Shown in pieces: positions 18,249 to 27,706 of a stretch of DNA of 64,000 nt. This DNA is from Gemmatimonadota bacterium (GTDB lineage: Bacteria; Gemmatimonadota; Gemmatimonadetes; Gemmatimonadales; Gemmatimonadaceae). The DNA lies in assembly GCA_040389905.1 (NCBI GenBank), contig JAZJZK010000005.1, forward strand, positions 1-64,000. The letters run 5' to 3'. Numbering within the stretch: position 1 is the first letter of the stretch; every line of letters begins with the position of its first letter. Both the position numbers and the translations under genes were made by a program. The notes under the pieces are model-generated. The model searched no databases, was not told where the DNA came from, and saw only the letters and a program-made list of their open reading frames with translations.

Positions 18249-20135
18249 ATGTGCGGGATCTGGGGAATAGCGGGTGCGGCATGCGGTATACGCGCGCGTG
18301 CGGAGCTCGTGGACCGGTCGCGCGACACGCTCACGCATCGCGGTCCGGATGACGCGGGCTCGTGGATTTCGACGCGCGGAGAGGCGGCGCTTGCAATGCG
18401 GCGGCTGGCCATTGTGGACCTCTCGCCGGCGGGCCATCAACCGATGTGTACGACGGTGGCGGACGCGGAGGTCTCGCTGATCTTCAACGGCGAGATCTAC
18501 AATCACGTGGACATTCGCCGGGAGCTGGCCGGCAAGGGCTACCGCTTCAAGGGCCACAGTGACACGGAAGTCATCCTGTCCGCCTACCTCGAGTGGGGGG
18601 TCGATTGCATCTCCCGATTCGTGGGCATGTTCGCGATCGCGATCTATGACGAACGGACGGAGCAGCTGATCCTCGTTCGCGACCGCGCGGGTGAGAAGCC
18701 CATGTTCTACCACCGAGCGCCGGGCCGGATCACCTTCGGATCGGAGCTCAAGTCGATTCTCGAGGATGACCGTGTGCCGCGCCGGATGAACCGCCACGCG
18801 CTGAATTCGTACCTCGCCTATGGCTACGTACCGAGCAACGGCTGCATTCTCGATGGCTTTCGGAAATTACCGCAGGCGCACGTTCTGGTGTACGACGTGC
18901 GCACGGATACGGTGCGAATGTGGCCCTACTGGCAGATTCCGCTCTGTCCGCCGAGCCGGGTGAGCGCCGAGGAGTTGAGCGAAGAGCTGGAGCATCTGTT
19001 GAGCCGATCGGTTTCCGCGCAGCTCGAAGCCGATGTTCCAGTTGGTGTGATGCTCAGTGGCGGGATCGATTCGAGCCTGGTCGCGGCGCTCGCGGTACGG
19101 GCATCGAACGATGTGCACACCTTCACCGTGTCGATGTCGAGCAACGACAGTTTCGACGAAGGTCCGCACGCGCGCCGTGTCGCAAATTTCCTTGGAACCA
19201 AGCATACGGACATCGTGGCGGAACCGGCGACGGTCGACCTGTTGCCCATGCTGGCGCGACAATTCGATGAGCCCATCGCCGACTCCTCGATGGTCCCGAC
19301 GTATCTGCTCTCCGTACTGATTCGCCAGCACGCCAAGGTCGCACTGGGCGGGGATGGTGGCGATGAGCTGTTCGGAGGCTACGCGCATCATCGCTGGATC
19401 ATGCAACATGAGCGCATCCGTCACTACACGCGCAACACGCAAGAGGGGCTCGCGCGAGGCGTGTCGCACATGCTTCCACCGGGTGCGCGAGGCCGCAACT
19501 ACCTTGCGGCACTCGGAGAGGATCGTGCACGTTCGATTGCGAGGGCGACGCAGTACTTCGATGCGGGGTGGCGCGCGCGTCTGGCGCCAGCGCTGGCCGG
19601 GCTGACGCCGGACGTCCTGTGGTCACCGGAAACGTACAAGGCTCAGTTGAGCTACACCGCATCGACACCACTACAGCAGGTCACATCGGTGGATTTTCAC
19701 ATGTACCTGCCCGCCGACATCCTGGTCAAGGTGGATCGGTCGAGCATGCTCACGTCGCTCGAGGTACGTGCGCCCTGGCTGGATCACCGCATCGTCGAAT
19801 TCGCGTTCGGCAAGGTGCCCGATCACCTCAGGACGGCGGGGAAGGTCGGAAAGATCCTGCCCAAGATGATCGTGCGCCGCCTACTTCCGGATCAAGTCAA
19901 AATCCAGCGCAAACAGGGGTTCTCCATTCCACTCCATGCCTGGTTCAAGGGAGAATGGGGCAAGTTCATGGAGGGGATCCTCACCGAAGCGCCCGCGGAG
20001 CTCTTCAATCCAGGTGTGGTACGCTCGCTCATTCGCCTTCAGCGAATGGGTTTCAGCAATACGAGCCGCGTCTTTGCGCTTGTGATGCTCGAACTCTGGA
20101 GACGGGAGTACACGGTGGACCTTCCGGGCGAATGA
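18249..20135 (+). CDS. asnB: asparagine synthase-like glutamine amidotransferase (probably polysaccharide amidation)
   Basis: MCGI N-terminus, HRGPD, FNGEIYN, LSGGIDSS, GDGGDELFGGY. Confidence 0.92.
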   Translation: MCGIWGIAGAACGIRARAELVDRSRDTLTHRGPDDAGSWISTRGEAALAMRRLAIVDLSPAGHQPMCTTVADAEVSLIFNGEIYNHVDIRRELAGKGYRFKGHSDTEVILSAYLEWGVDCISRFVGMFAIAIYDERTEQLILVRDRAGEKPMFYHRAPGRITFGSELKSILEDDRVPRRMNRHALNSYLAYGYVPSNGCILDGFRKLPQAHVLVYDVRTDTVRMWPYWQIPLCPPSRVSAEELSEELEHLLSRSVSAQLEADVPVGVMLSGGIDSSLVAALAVRASNDVHTFTVSMSSNDSFDEGPHARRVANFLGTKHTDIVAEPATVDLLPMLARQFDEPIADSSMVPTYLLSVLIRQHAKVALGGDGGDELFGGYAHHRWIMQHERIRHYTRNTQEGLARGVSHMLPPGARGRNYLAALGEDRARSIARATQYFDAGWRARLAPALAGLTPDVLWSPETYKAQLSYTASTPLQQVTSVDFHMYLPADILVKVDRSSMLTSLEVRAPWLDHRIVEFAFGKVPDHLRTAGKVGKILPKMIVRRLLPDQVKIQRKQGFSIPLHAWFKGEWGKFMEGILTEAPAELFNPGVVRSLIRLQRMGFSNTSRVFALVMLELWRREYTVDLPGE

Positions 20136-20166
20136 AGGCACCCGTCAACCCGAGGGTACAGCACCG

Positions 20167-21297
20167 ATGCGGATCGCGGTCGTAAATCTGACCGCGGGTG
20201 GTCTCAGCGGGGGATATCGCAAATACCTCGGAGAGCTGATTCCATTGCTGCGCATGCATCCCGACGTGGAGCGCGTGGATGTTTTCGTTCCCGCTGCCGC
20301 CATGAAACCGGAGGTGATGGAAGCGGCCGGCTATCGCTCCTGGCCGCCGGACGACGCGCGCCGAGGATTCCCGTCGCTCCGAACGCAGATCGCTGCAGCG
20401 GCGCCGGATGTCGTTTTCATCCCGACGTCGCGCTGGTTGGACTTTGGCGGGATACCGACCGTTGTGATGATCAGGAACATGGAACCGCTGGAACGACCGT
20501 TCGCGGGGAACACACTCGCAGAGGCAGCGCGCAATATCTATCGCGCACATGCCGCTCGCCGCGCGAGCCTCAGGGCGGACAGGACAATTGCCGTGTCGCA
20601 GCACGTTCATGACTTCATCCTGGAGCGCTGGAGTCTTCGGCCGGAACGAGTGGGTATGGTCTACCACGGGATCGAGAGCGAGGGAATGGAGGCAACGCGG
20701 TGCCCTCCCCGACTGGCGCAGAGCGACATGAGCCGGCTGCTCTTCACAGCAGGATCTCTTCGTCCGGCGCGCGGACTGGAAGACGTCATTGCGGCGCTGG
20801 CTACGCTGCGAGGTGACGGGTACGATTTTCAGTTGGCCATTGCCGGCGCAGCAGACCCGACGAGCCGCCAATATCCGCCCAGGATGGAAGCCTTGGCGCG
20901 CCAGCTCGGCGTCGACAAGGCGATCGTATGGCTCGATCGCATATCCGTTGCGGAAATGGCATGGTGTTTCGATCACAGCCGAGCGTTCGTCATGACGAGC
21001 CGATGTGAAGCTTGCCCCAATACGGCTCTCGAAGCCATGGCTCGAGGTGCGCTCTGCGTGTCGACCGACAAGGCACCGATGCCGGAGTTTTTCGCCGACG
21101 CGGCGCTCTACTATCCAGCGGAGGACGCTGCTGGCCTTGCCGGCCGCCTCCGTACAGTCAGTACGATGGAGACGCGAGAGGCGCTCGCGCTCCGCGAGGC
21201 GGCCCGGACGCGTGCCGCTGCGTTCAGCTGGTTGACGACGGCAGAACGTACCGTCGCTGAACTGGCTGCGGCGATACGTTCCCGTTCCGCTACCTGA
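20167..21297 (+). CDS. GT4 glycosyltransferase
   Basis: EACPNTALEAMARG and FSW..TA motifs. Confidence 0.88.
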   Translation: MRIAVVNLTAGGLSGGYRKYLGELIPLLRMHPDVERVDVFVPAAAMKPEVMEAAGYRSWPPDDARRGFPSLRTQIAAAAPDVVFIPTSRWLDFGGIPTVVMIRNMEPLERPFAGNTLAEAARNIYRAHAARRASLRADRTIAVSQHVHDFILERWSLRPERVGMVYHGIESEGMEATRCPPRLAQSDMSRLLFTAGSLRPARGLEDVIAALATLRGDGYDFQLAIAGAADPTSRQYPPRMEALARQLGVDKAIVWLDRISVAEMAWCFDHSRAFVMTSRCEACPNTALEAMARGALCVSTDKAPMPEFFADAALYYPAEDAAGLAGRLRTVSTMETREALALREAARTRAAAFSWLTTAERTVAELAAAIRSRSAT

Positions 21298-22411
21298 GCT
21301 CCTTTTTCGGCCGTCGGCGGAAGAACCCGACGATACGGTCCCTGAGGCCGAGGCTCAAAAGCTTGAACTCGTGATAGTCTGCTGCGCCGGACTGGTCGCG
21401 GTCGCGTGCATAGTCGCGGAAAAGCACGAACAACGCACCGAGAATTGCTGTCATGACGAACACGAGCGCCGTTCGAAGAACGGTGCCGCGGCCGAGTGGT
21501 TTGACGGGCAGCTCTGGCCGTTCGAGTATCGTGATGACCGGAGTGGTCCGTACGGCGTCAATGGCCGCCTGATCCAGCCTGTTCACCAAGGTGCTGTAGC
21601 GCAGGCTGTGCAGTGACAGCTCGCGGATGATGCGGTCGTGCTCCGCCATGAGCCGAGGGTCGCCCGCATATTCCCGGTTCCGCAGGCTGAACGCCTGGAG
21701 TTGGTCCTCGGATGCGCGGAGATCGACTCGCGCATCCGCGACCTGCGTCTGAATGAACTCCCGCTCGGAACGTGCCTTGGTCTGGCGAATGCGGAGGTTG
21801 AAGTCGTTGACGTCCGCAAGGAGCTTCTCGGCCATGGCCTTCGCAAGCGGCGCCCAGCGGGCGCGCACCGAGACCTTGACGATGCCGGTGCGAATGTCGG
21901 CTTCAGGGACAACCGTCTTCCCAAGCTCCTTGAGCATATCCTCGCGCCGCAACGACGGATTCTTCCCCTTGATCTCGTTGAGATCCATGAGGTTTCCGTG
22001 CAGGCTGTCCTTTCCATCGCGGAACCGGTACTCAGCGAGCGCCAGCTGTGACAGGATCGCACGCGACTTCAGCAGGGAAACGTAGAATGCAGGGGAGTTC
22101 TGCTTATCCTCGCCGCCGATGTCCACGCCGAAGTCTTCCGCGATGCTGGCGCCGGGATCCTTCTGGGCGGCCTGCGGCATGAACGACGCCGTCGACTCCC
22201 AATTACGGTGTGCGAAAAGGAAGGTCAAGAGGCCCGCGACAAGCGCCAGCACGAGGGGGATCGTGAAGACGTGACGGGTATTCGCCAGGAGGAAGTTGAT
22301 GACCAAGAGGGGCGATGCCTCCCTCTCGACTTCCGGCGCCGACTGAACGGGACTCGACTGGGGATGCGACGGAACCACGCCGGGTGCTTGTCCGGTGGGA
22401 ATACTTGTCAC
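21290..22411 (-). CDS. Wzz/GumC-like polysaccharide co-polymerase (no kinase domain)
   Basis: N- and C-terminal TMs, central coiled coil, ITILERPELP..P motif before TM2. Confidence 0.75.
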   Translation of the reverse strand: MTSIPTGQAPGVVPSHPQSSPVQSAPEVEREASPLLVINFLLANTRHVFTIPLVLALVAGLLTFLFAHRNWESTASFMPQAAQKDPGASIAEDFGVDIGGEDKQNSPAFYVSLLKSRAILSQLALAEYRFRDGKDSLHGNLMDLNEIKGKNPSLRREDMLKELGKTVVPEADIRTGIVKVSVRARWAPLAKAMAEKLLADVNDFNLRIRQTKARSEREFIQTQVADARVDLRASEDQLQAFSLRNREYAGDPRLMAEHDRIIRELSLHSLRYSTLVNRLDQAAIDAVRTTPVITILERPELPVKPLGRGTVLRTALVFVMTAILGALFVLFRDYARDRDQSGAADYHEFKLLSLGLRDRIVGFFRRRPKKELR

Positions 22412-22480
22412 TGCGATCTCTCGGGGAGTAGGAACGGCGTTCGGAAGCGATCCAGAAATGTCACTAGCGCGTCGGCAGAG

Positions 22481-23590
22481 TCAACTGCGGCTGCCGCCGG
22501 ATGTCGTTGGGACGCCGACGGCGTCGTAAGCGTGACGGTATGACGCGACCGCCGCCGACACGGACAGCTCCTCGGCGTATGCGCGACCTGCTTCGCTGCG
22601 CTGGCGCGCGCGTGCGGGATCCGAAAGCACCTCGACCAACGCGGACGCGAGGTCGCCAGCGGACGCGGCGTCGGCGAATAACGCCGCGCCGTGCGCCAGG
22701 CGGCGATGGATGGCAATGTCGGAGAGCACGAGAGGACAGCGGCATGCCATCGCCTCGCTCACGACGTTTGGATGTCCTTCGAAGAGGCTTGGTGAGAGCA
22801 TCACGGTTGCCGTCTTGAGCACCGACCACAGATCCTCGAGATAGCCGCGAACGCGAATGCGGTCGCCCAACCCGGACGCCGTCACGGCGGACTCGACCCC
22901 GGCCCGTTCAGGTCCATCGCCCGCGAGGAGGGCGACCCCGGCGTGTTCGCGGAGGGTCCGGATAACGGCGTCGACCATGACGAGCGCGTTCTTTTGCGCG
23001 GAAAACCGGCCAGCGAACAGGATGAGAGGAGTCTCCGCCGAGACCCAGCCAGTGCGCGGATCCACTGCCCGCGCGGTATCGATGTCCGCGAGCGCGAGCG
23101 CGTTGGGGATGACGAATCGCCGAACGCGCTCTGGTAACAGGGGGTTCCAGTAAGCAATACCCTCAGCCGAATTGGCAATCACGGCCGTCGCGCGTCTGGC
23201 GAGCGCGACACGTGCCCGGTTCTTCGCGGTAGGGGGATACAGCAACGCGGAGGCGCGCTCGGAGAGGATCCACGGCACGCCGCGCTGAAGCGCCACCAGG
23301 CCGCCAAGAATGTCGAAGCGCGTGAGCCACGTCTGGATGACGTCGGGCTGCAAGCGGCTGGCAAGACGGTACAGACGCACGAGCGCCAGTGGGTCATGGG
23401 CGCCTCGGGACGGTAGAAGGTGAATGGTTGCGCATCCGGTACGGAGTCGCGTGGAATTGACGCCATCATCCACCATGACGACGTGAACGTCGTCGCCGGA
23501 CGCTGCTTGCGCGGGCGCGAGATACGACAGCTGTCGTTCCGCGCCGCCTCCACCCATGCCCTGAATACAGTGCAGAATACGACGCGGCAT
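22481..23590 (-). CDS. GT4 glycosyltransferase (paralog of 17124-18245)
   Basis: GGAERQLSYLA and EGHPNVVSEAMAC motifs. Confidence 0.9.
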   Translation of the reverse strand: MPRRILHCIQGMGGGGAERQLSYLAPAQAASGDDVHVVMVDDGVNSTRLRTGCATIHLLPSRGAHDPLALVRLYRLASRLQPDVIQTWLTRFDILGGLVALQRGVPWILSERASALLYPPTAKNRARVALARRATAVIANSAEGIAYWNPLLPERVRRFVIPNALALADIDTARAVDPRTGWVSAETPLILFAGRFSAQKNALVMVDAVIRTLREHAGVALLAGDGPERAGVESAVTASGLGDRIRVRGYLEDLWSVLKTATVMLSPSLFEGHPNVVSEAMACRCPLVLSDIAIHRRLAHGAALFADAASAGDLASALVEVLSDPARARQRSEAGRAYAEELSVSAAVASYRHAYDAVGVPTTSGGSRS

Positions 23591-23603
23591 TATCTTGAAT
23601 TCC

Positions 23604-25145
23604 ATGATTCATGGAGCGCACGACCCGCGGGAGGCACCGGGGGCGGAGGCTGACGTAGGCGCTCTGTTTCTGCGGCGCGTACAAGATAGCACCAGATCGT
23701 ATCTCAAGACCGGTCGCGCGCCGACGGAATGGACGGAAATCTTTGCCTCCAGTCGGTGCGATGTACGCGAGTTCGGAGCAGCGGGCGACGGAGTAACCGA
23801 CGACACCGACGCCGTGCGCCGTGCACTCGCGGCGTGTCAAAGTGGCGACCCCGCGTTCGGCGGCCAACTCTATTTCCCGCCGGGCCAGTATCTCATCACC
23901 GATACCTTGCGCATCACGGACGATCGCGTGCGCGTGCACGGTGAGGGGCTGTACATCTCGACAATCAACTTCCGTCCACGCTCGGCCCGCGTGCTGTTCG
24001 ACATCGGCAAGACCGTCGGGATTCTCTATCAGTGTTCGATCTCGCAACTGAGCCTGGTGGGCTTCGGCTCAGCACAAAAAATCGCGATTCGCGCCACCGA
24101 TACCAGCGTGCTCACCGTCGATACGCTGTCGGTCCGCGAATGGAAGGGCGGCGGAACAGCCGCACCGAGCATCGCCCTTCAGATGCGCGGCCGGGACCTG
24201 CTCACGGTGCGACGGGTGTCGCTGTTCGCCGATCGCCCGATCTCGATCGAGGACAATCCGAGGAACTCGATCGACCTCGATCAAACGCATTTCCAGGATC
24301 TGTATCTCGGCGTGCACGGCGTGGGGGAATCGGCCATCGTCATCGCGCCGGGCATCAACCTCACGAACGTGGTGATGGACGGGACGAACTCAATCGTGAC
24401 CGCCTTGCACGGCATCTACTGGAACAGCAGGCGGGGGACGGAGTCCTCCTTGAGCATTCGCTTCTCGAACATTCGATGTGAGCAGGGGCAGTCGAAGGAA
24501 GGCTATGCCGTCTACATCGCGCACGACGTGCAGAGCGTTCTCCTCGAGAACATCGCGGCGGACCCCATTGCGCAGGGTTTCCTGCTCCACGGCGTCCGGT
24601 GCGCGACACTCATCAACTGCTTTTATCCCGGCGCGGGTGTTGGCCTCGACCTGGATAACGCCGCCAACCATGACGTCGCGCTGATCAACTGCTTTTTCCA
24701 GCGCGGATCGTCGGTGCGAACGGCGGCGATGCGCGAGGTCATGAGCATGCACAAGTCGCTCGTGGGATCGCCTCAGGCGCCGGTCGCGTTCTACGACAAC
24801 GCGACGAATGGCACGGGGTTCGTCACGAGCAATGGCGTGCGCCGATTCTCGAGCACTGGAAAGCTCGCGCCGGGGGCTTCCTGGCGCGTTCCCTATCCGC
24901 TGGGAGGCCGTGGCCTCGCCAACGTGCAGCTTGCGGCGCGAGATGAGTCGGGTGCGATGGAGGCGGGTACCTTCGCGCTGAGCGAGAGCACCGCCGTGCG
25001 GATATCGGGAACGGCGCGGACTTCCGACGCCAATACGCCAAATGCACTGTGTCTGAGCGTTCCCTCTCAGAGCGCGGCGACGCTCACCAACAACCTCGGG
25101 CGGGCGATCACCTGGGTGCTGTCGATGGAGTGGGCGGCGGAGTGA
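23604..25145 (+). CDS. right-handed beta-helix protein (pectate lyase 3 / GH28-related, tailspike-like)
   Basis: DVREFGAAGDGVTDDTDAV..A and LYFPPGQYLI motifs, followed by beta-helix coils. Confidence 0.75.
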   Translation: MIHGAHDPREAPGAEADVGALFLRRVQDSTRSYLKTGRAPTEWTEIFASSRCDVREFGAAGDGVTDDTDAVRRALAACQSGDPAFGGQLYFPPGQYLITDTLRITDDRVRVHGEGLYISTINFRPRSARVLFDIGKTVGILYQCSISQLSLVGFGSAQKIAIRATDTSVLTVDTLSVREWKGGGTAAPSIALQMRGRDLLTVRRVSLFADRPISIEDNPRNSIDLDQTHFQDLYLGVHGVGESAIVIAPGINLTNVVMDGTNSIVTALHGIYWNSRRGTESSLSIRFSNIRCEQGQSKEGYAVYIAHDVQSVLLENIAADPIAQGFLLHGVRCATLINCFYPGAGVGLDLDNAANHDVALINCFFQRGSSVRTAAMREVMSMHKSLVGSPQAPVAFYDNATNGTGFVTSNGVRRFSSTGKLAPGASWRVPYPLGGRGLANVQLAARDESGAMEAGTFALSESTAVRISGTARTSDANTPNALCLSVPSQSAATLTNNLGRAITWVLSMEWAAE

Positions 25146-25232
25146 CGCCAACGCCGCGACGCATGACCTCTCGGCCGCTCCCCGCTATTATTTTGCAGAC
25201 GCCATTTGCATCCATCAGCCGACGAGGAGCCT

Positions 25233-25691
25233 TTGTCCGCGATTATCGAGATCGACACCGACCACGGGGTCATTCCATCCGCCAGCGCCAGGGTCGAAAT
25301 GATTTCTGCCTATTCCGACGAGCGCGGCTCGCTCCAGACCCTGATCAACTGCCAGACGAACAACGTCGCGCTCATCTCATCGGCCAAGGGTACGGTTCGG
25401 TCGAACCACTACCACAAAACCGACTGGCATTACATGTACATGATCTCCGGCGCTGCGGACTACCTCTTCCGGCCTGCCGGAAGCACGGAGGAGCCGCAAC
25501 ATCTTCTCTTCAAGAAGGGTGATTTGCTGTACACCGGGCCGATGGAAGAGCATGCCACCGTGTTCCTCGAGGACTCCGTGCTGCTCGCCATGAGCGGCCA
25601 TCCCCGCGATCAGGACACCTACGAGGGCGACATCGTGCGCGTCGTGCTCGTCACGCCCGAGGAAGCGATGGAGCGCGCAGCCAGACACTAA
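25233..25691 (+). CDS. cupin-domain protein (sugar isomerase/epimerase-like)
   Basis: DERG, RSNHYHK..WHYMY..SG and GPMEEHA motifs; GAGGAG RBS before the TTG at 25233. Confidence 0.75.
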   Translation: MSAIIEIDTDHGVIPSASARVEMISAYSDERGSLQTLINCQTNNVALISSAKGTVRSNHYHKTDWHYMYMISGAADYLFRPAGSTEEPQHLLFKKGDLLYTGPMEEHATVFLEDSVLLAMSGHPRDQDTYEGDIVRVVLVTPEEAMERAARH

Positions 25692-26977
25692 TGGATTTCT
25701 ACCACAAGACGACATGCAGGTTGTGCGACAGCACCGACCTGTCGCTGGTGCTGTCACTGACGCCCACACCGCCCGGCAATCATTTCGTCACCGCCGAGAA
25801 CCGCAACAAGCCACAGCCGGTCTATCCCCTCGCGCTCAACATGTGCGAGGCGTGCAAGCACGTGCAGCTCACGCACTGTGTCGATCCGGTCATCCTGTAC
25901 CAGACGAATTACTCATACGTCTCGGGGACGTCGCCGGTGTTCGTTGCGCACCTGCGCGAGTATGCGGACACGATCACGGCCGACTATGCGTTTTCCGCCG
26001 GCGCGCTTGCCATCGACATCGGTTCCAACGACGGTACCGCGCTCGGGTTCTTCAAGGACAAGGGCTTTCGCACTCTCGGAGTCGATCCCGCCACGGAAGT
26101 GGTTGCGAGCGCCAACGCGCGTGGCATCGAGACCATCTGTGACTTCTTCGGTTACGACGTCGCGGCCCGCAACCGTGAGCAATACGGCCCCGCAGCCCTC
26201 ATCAATTCGCACAACGCCTGCGCGCACATCGACGATCTCGCCGGCGTGATCCGCGGTGTCGAGCACTGGCTGGGCGACGATGGGCTGTTCGTCATGGAAG
26301 TTGGGTACTTTCTCGACGTCTACGAAAACGGGTGGTTCGACACGATCTACCACGAGCATGTCGACTACCACACCGTCATGCCGCTCGTGCCGTTCTTTCG
26401 CGCGCACGGGCTCGAGATCGTGGACGTGCAGCATGTAAGCCCGCAGGGCGGTTCCATTCGCGTCATCGCGCAGAAGGCGGGTGGACGGCATCCCGTGAAG
26501 CCAACGGTGGAAGCGTTCGGCCAACTCGAGCGGGACCATGGGCTCGACCGCAGCGAAACGCTCCGCGCGTTCGGCGCCAAGATCGACGGGATCAAGCACC
26601 GGCTCGGCGAGATGGTCTCGACGTTGAAGGGCCAGGGCGCCTCGATCGCGGCCTTCGGTGCGCCGACGAAGGCGACGACACTGCTGTCACATTTCGGGCT
26701 GGGTCAGGCGCTCGACTTTCTCGTGGACGACAATCCGCTGAAGCAGAACCTGTTCAGCCCGGGCCACCACATTCCGGTGCTGCCAGCGACCGCGTTGTAC
26801 GAGCGCAAGCCGGACTACCTCATCATCCTCGCGTGGAATTTCGCCGAGGACATCATGCGCAAGCATGCCGCGTTCCTGGAGCAGGGGGGGAAATTCATCC
26901 TCCCGATGCCCGAACCCGTCATCATCGACAAGGAGAGCAATGCCGAAGCGGGTACTGATCGTCGCTCCACATCCTGA
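25691..26977 (+). CDS. NDP-sugar C-methyltransferase (Zn-binding)
   Basis: CRLC...CEAC zinc motif, IDIGSNDG, FDTIYHEH, AFGAPTK, ILAWNF. Confidence 0.88.
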   Translation: MDFYHKTTCRLCDSTDLSLVLSLTPTPPGNHFVTAENRNKPQPVYPLALNMCEACKHVQLTHCVDPVILYQTNYSYVSGTSPVFVAHLREYADTITADYAFSAGALAIDIGSNDGTALGFFKDKGFRTLGVDPATEVVASANARGIETICDFFGYDVAARNREQYGPAALINSHNACAHIDDLAGVIRGVEHWLGDDGLFVMEVGYFLDVYENGWFDTIYHEHVDYHTVMPLVPFFRAHGLEIVDVQHVSPQGGSIRVIAQKAGGRHPVKPTVEAFGQLERDHGLDRSETLRAFGAKIDGIKHRLGEMVSTLKGQGASIAAFGAPTKATTLLSHFGLGQALDFLVDDNPLKQNLFSPGHHIPVLPATALYERKPDYLIILAWNFAEDIMRKHAAFLEQGGKFILPMPEPVIIDKESNAEAGTDRRSTS

Positions 26978-27608
26978 TGACGAAACGCTGGGTGCGGGCG
27001 GCGCGATCGCGAAGTCCGCGCAGGCCGGCGATGAAGTCACGATCCTCACGGTTGCTGGGCACCGGCCGCCGCTCTACACCGAAGAGGCATACCAGACGAC
27101 GGTCCGTGAGGCGAAACTGGCGCACGGAATCCTTGGTGTTGCACAGTCGATCTTTCTCGACCTGGCGGCAACGACGCTCGGCCTGATGCCGACGCACGAG
27201 CTGAACGGCAAGATCGGTGCGGTGGTAGAGCAAGTGCGTCCGCACGTCGTGCTGGTTCCGTACCCGGACCGGCACGTCGATCACCGCATCATCTTCGACA
27301 GCGTGCTCGTCGCGACACGGCCGGTCAAGGCCGGTCTCGGCATCGAAATGCTGGCTGCCTACGAAACGCTCTCCGAGACGCACTGGAACGCGCCGCACAT
27401 CGAGCCTGCGTTCACTCCCACGTGGGTGGTGAACATCACTGCGCAAATCGATGACAAGCTCCGTGCGCTCGCGTGCTACGAGTCGCAGATCCCGCCGTTT
27501 CCGGGACCGCGCTCAGTCGAGGCGGTTCGCGCGCTGGCGATCTTTCGCGGAACGCAGGCCGGTTTCGGCTATGGCGAGGGTTTTCACGTGATTCGGCAGA
27601 TCAGCTAG
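26940..27608 (+). CDS. PIG-L/LmbE family de-N-acetylase
   Basis: APHPDDETLG and HVDH motifs; AGGAG RBS. Confidence 0.88.
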   Translation: MPKRVLIVAPHPDDETLGAGGAIAKSAQAGDEVTILTVAGHRPPLYTEEAYQTTVREAKLAHGILGVAQSIFLDLAATTLGLMPTHELNGKIGAVVEQVRPHVVLVPYPDRHVDHRIIFDSVLVATRPVKAGLGIEMLAAYETLSETHWNAPHIEPAFTPTWVVNITAQIDDKLRALACYESQIPPFPGPRSVEAVRALAIFRGTQAGFGYGEGFHVIRQIS

Positions 27609-27642
27609 GCGCTGCGCGCGGGCACCGGCAAGAACATTGACC

Positions 27643-27706
27643 CGCAGAGGTCGCAGAGGAACGGCAACAGCCTCTGCGGCCCTATCTGTGCTCTGCGCCC
27701 TCTGCG
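27643..27706. repeat. periodic CGCAGAG inverted repeat (REP-like)
   Basis: cgcagaggtcgcagag (27643-27658) and ctctgcgccctctgcg (27691-27706) are complementary at 15/16 positions; a further cctctgcgg unit lies at 27671. Confidence 0.65.

Noticed and set aside
23604..25145. Prophage remnant
   Set aside because: No other phage genes, integrase or att-like sites are nearby.
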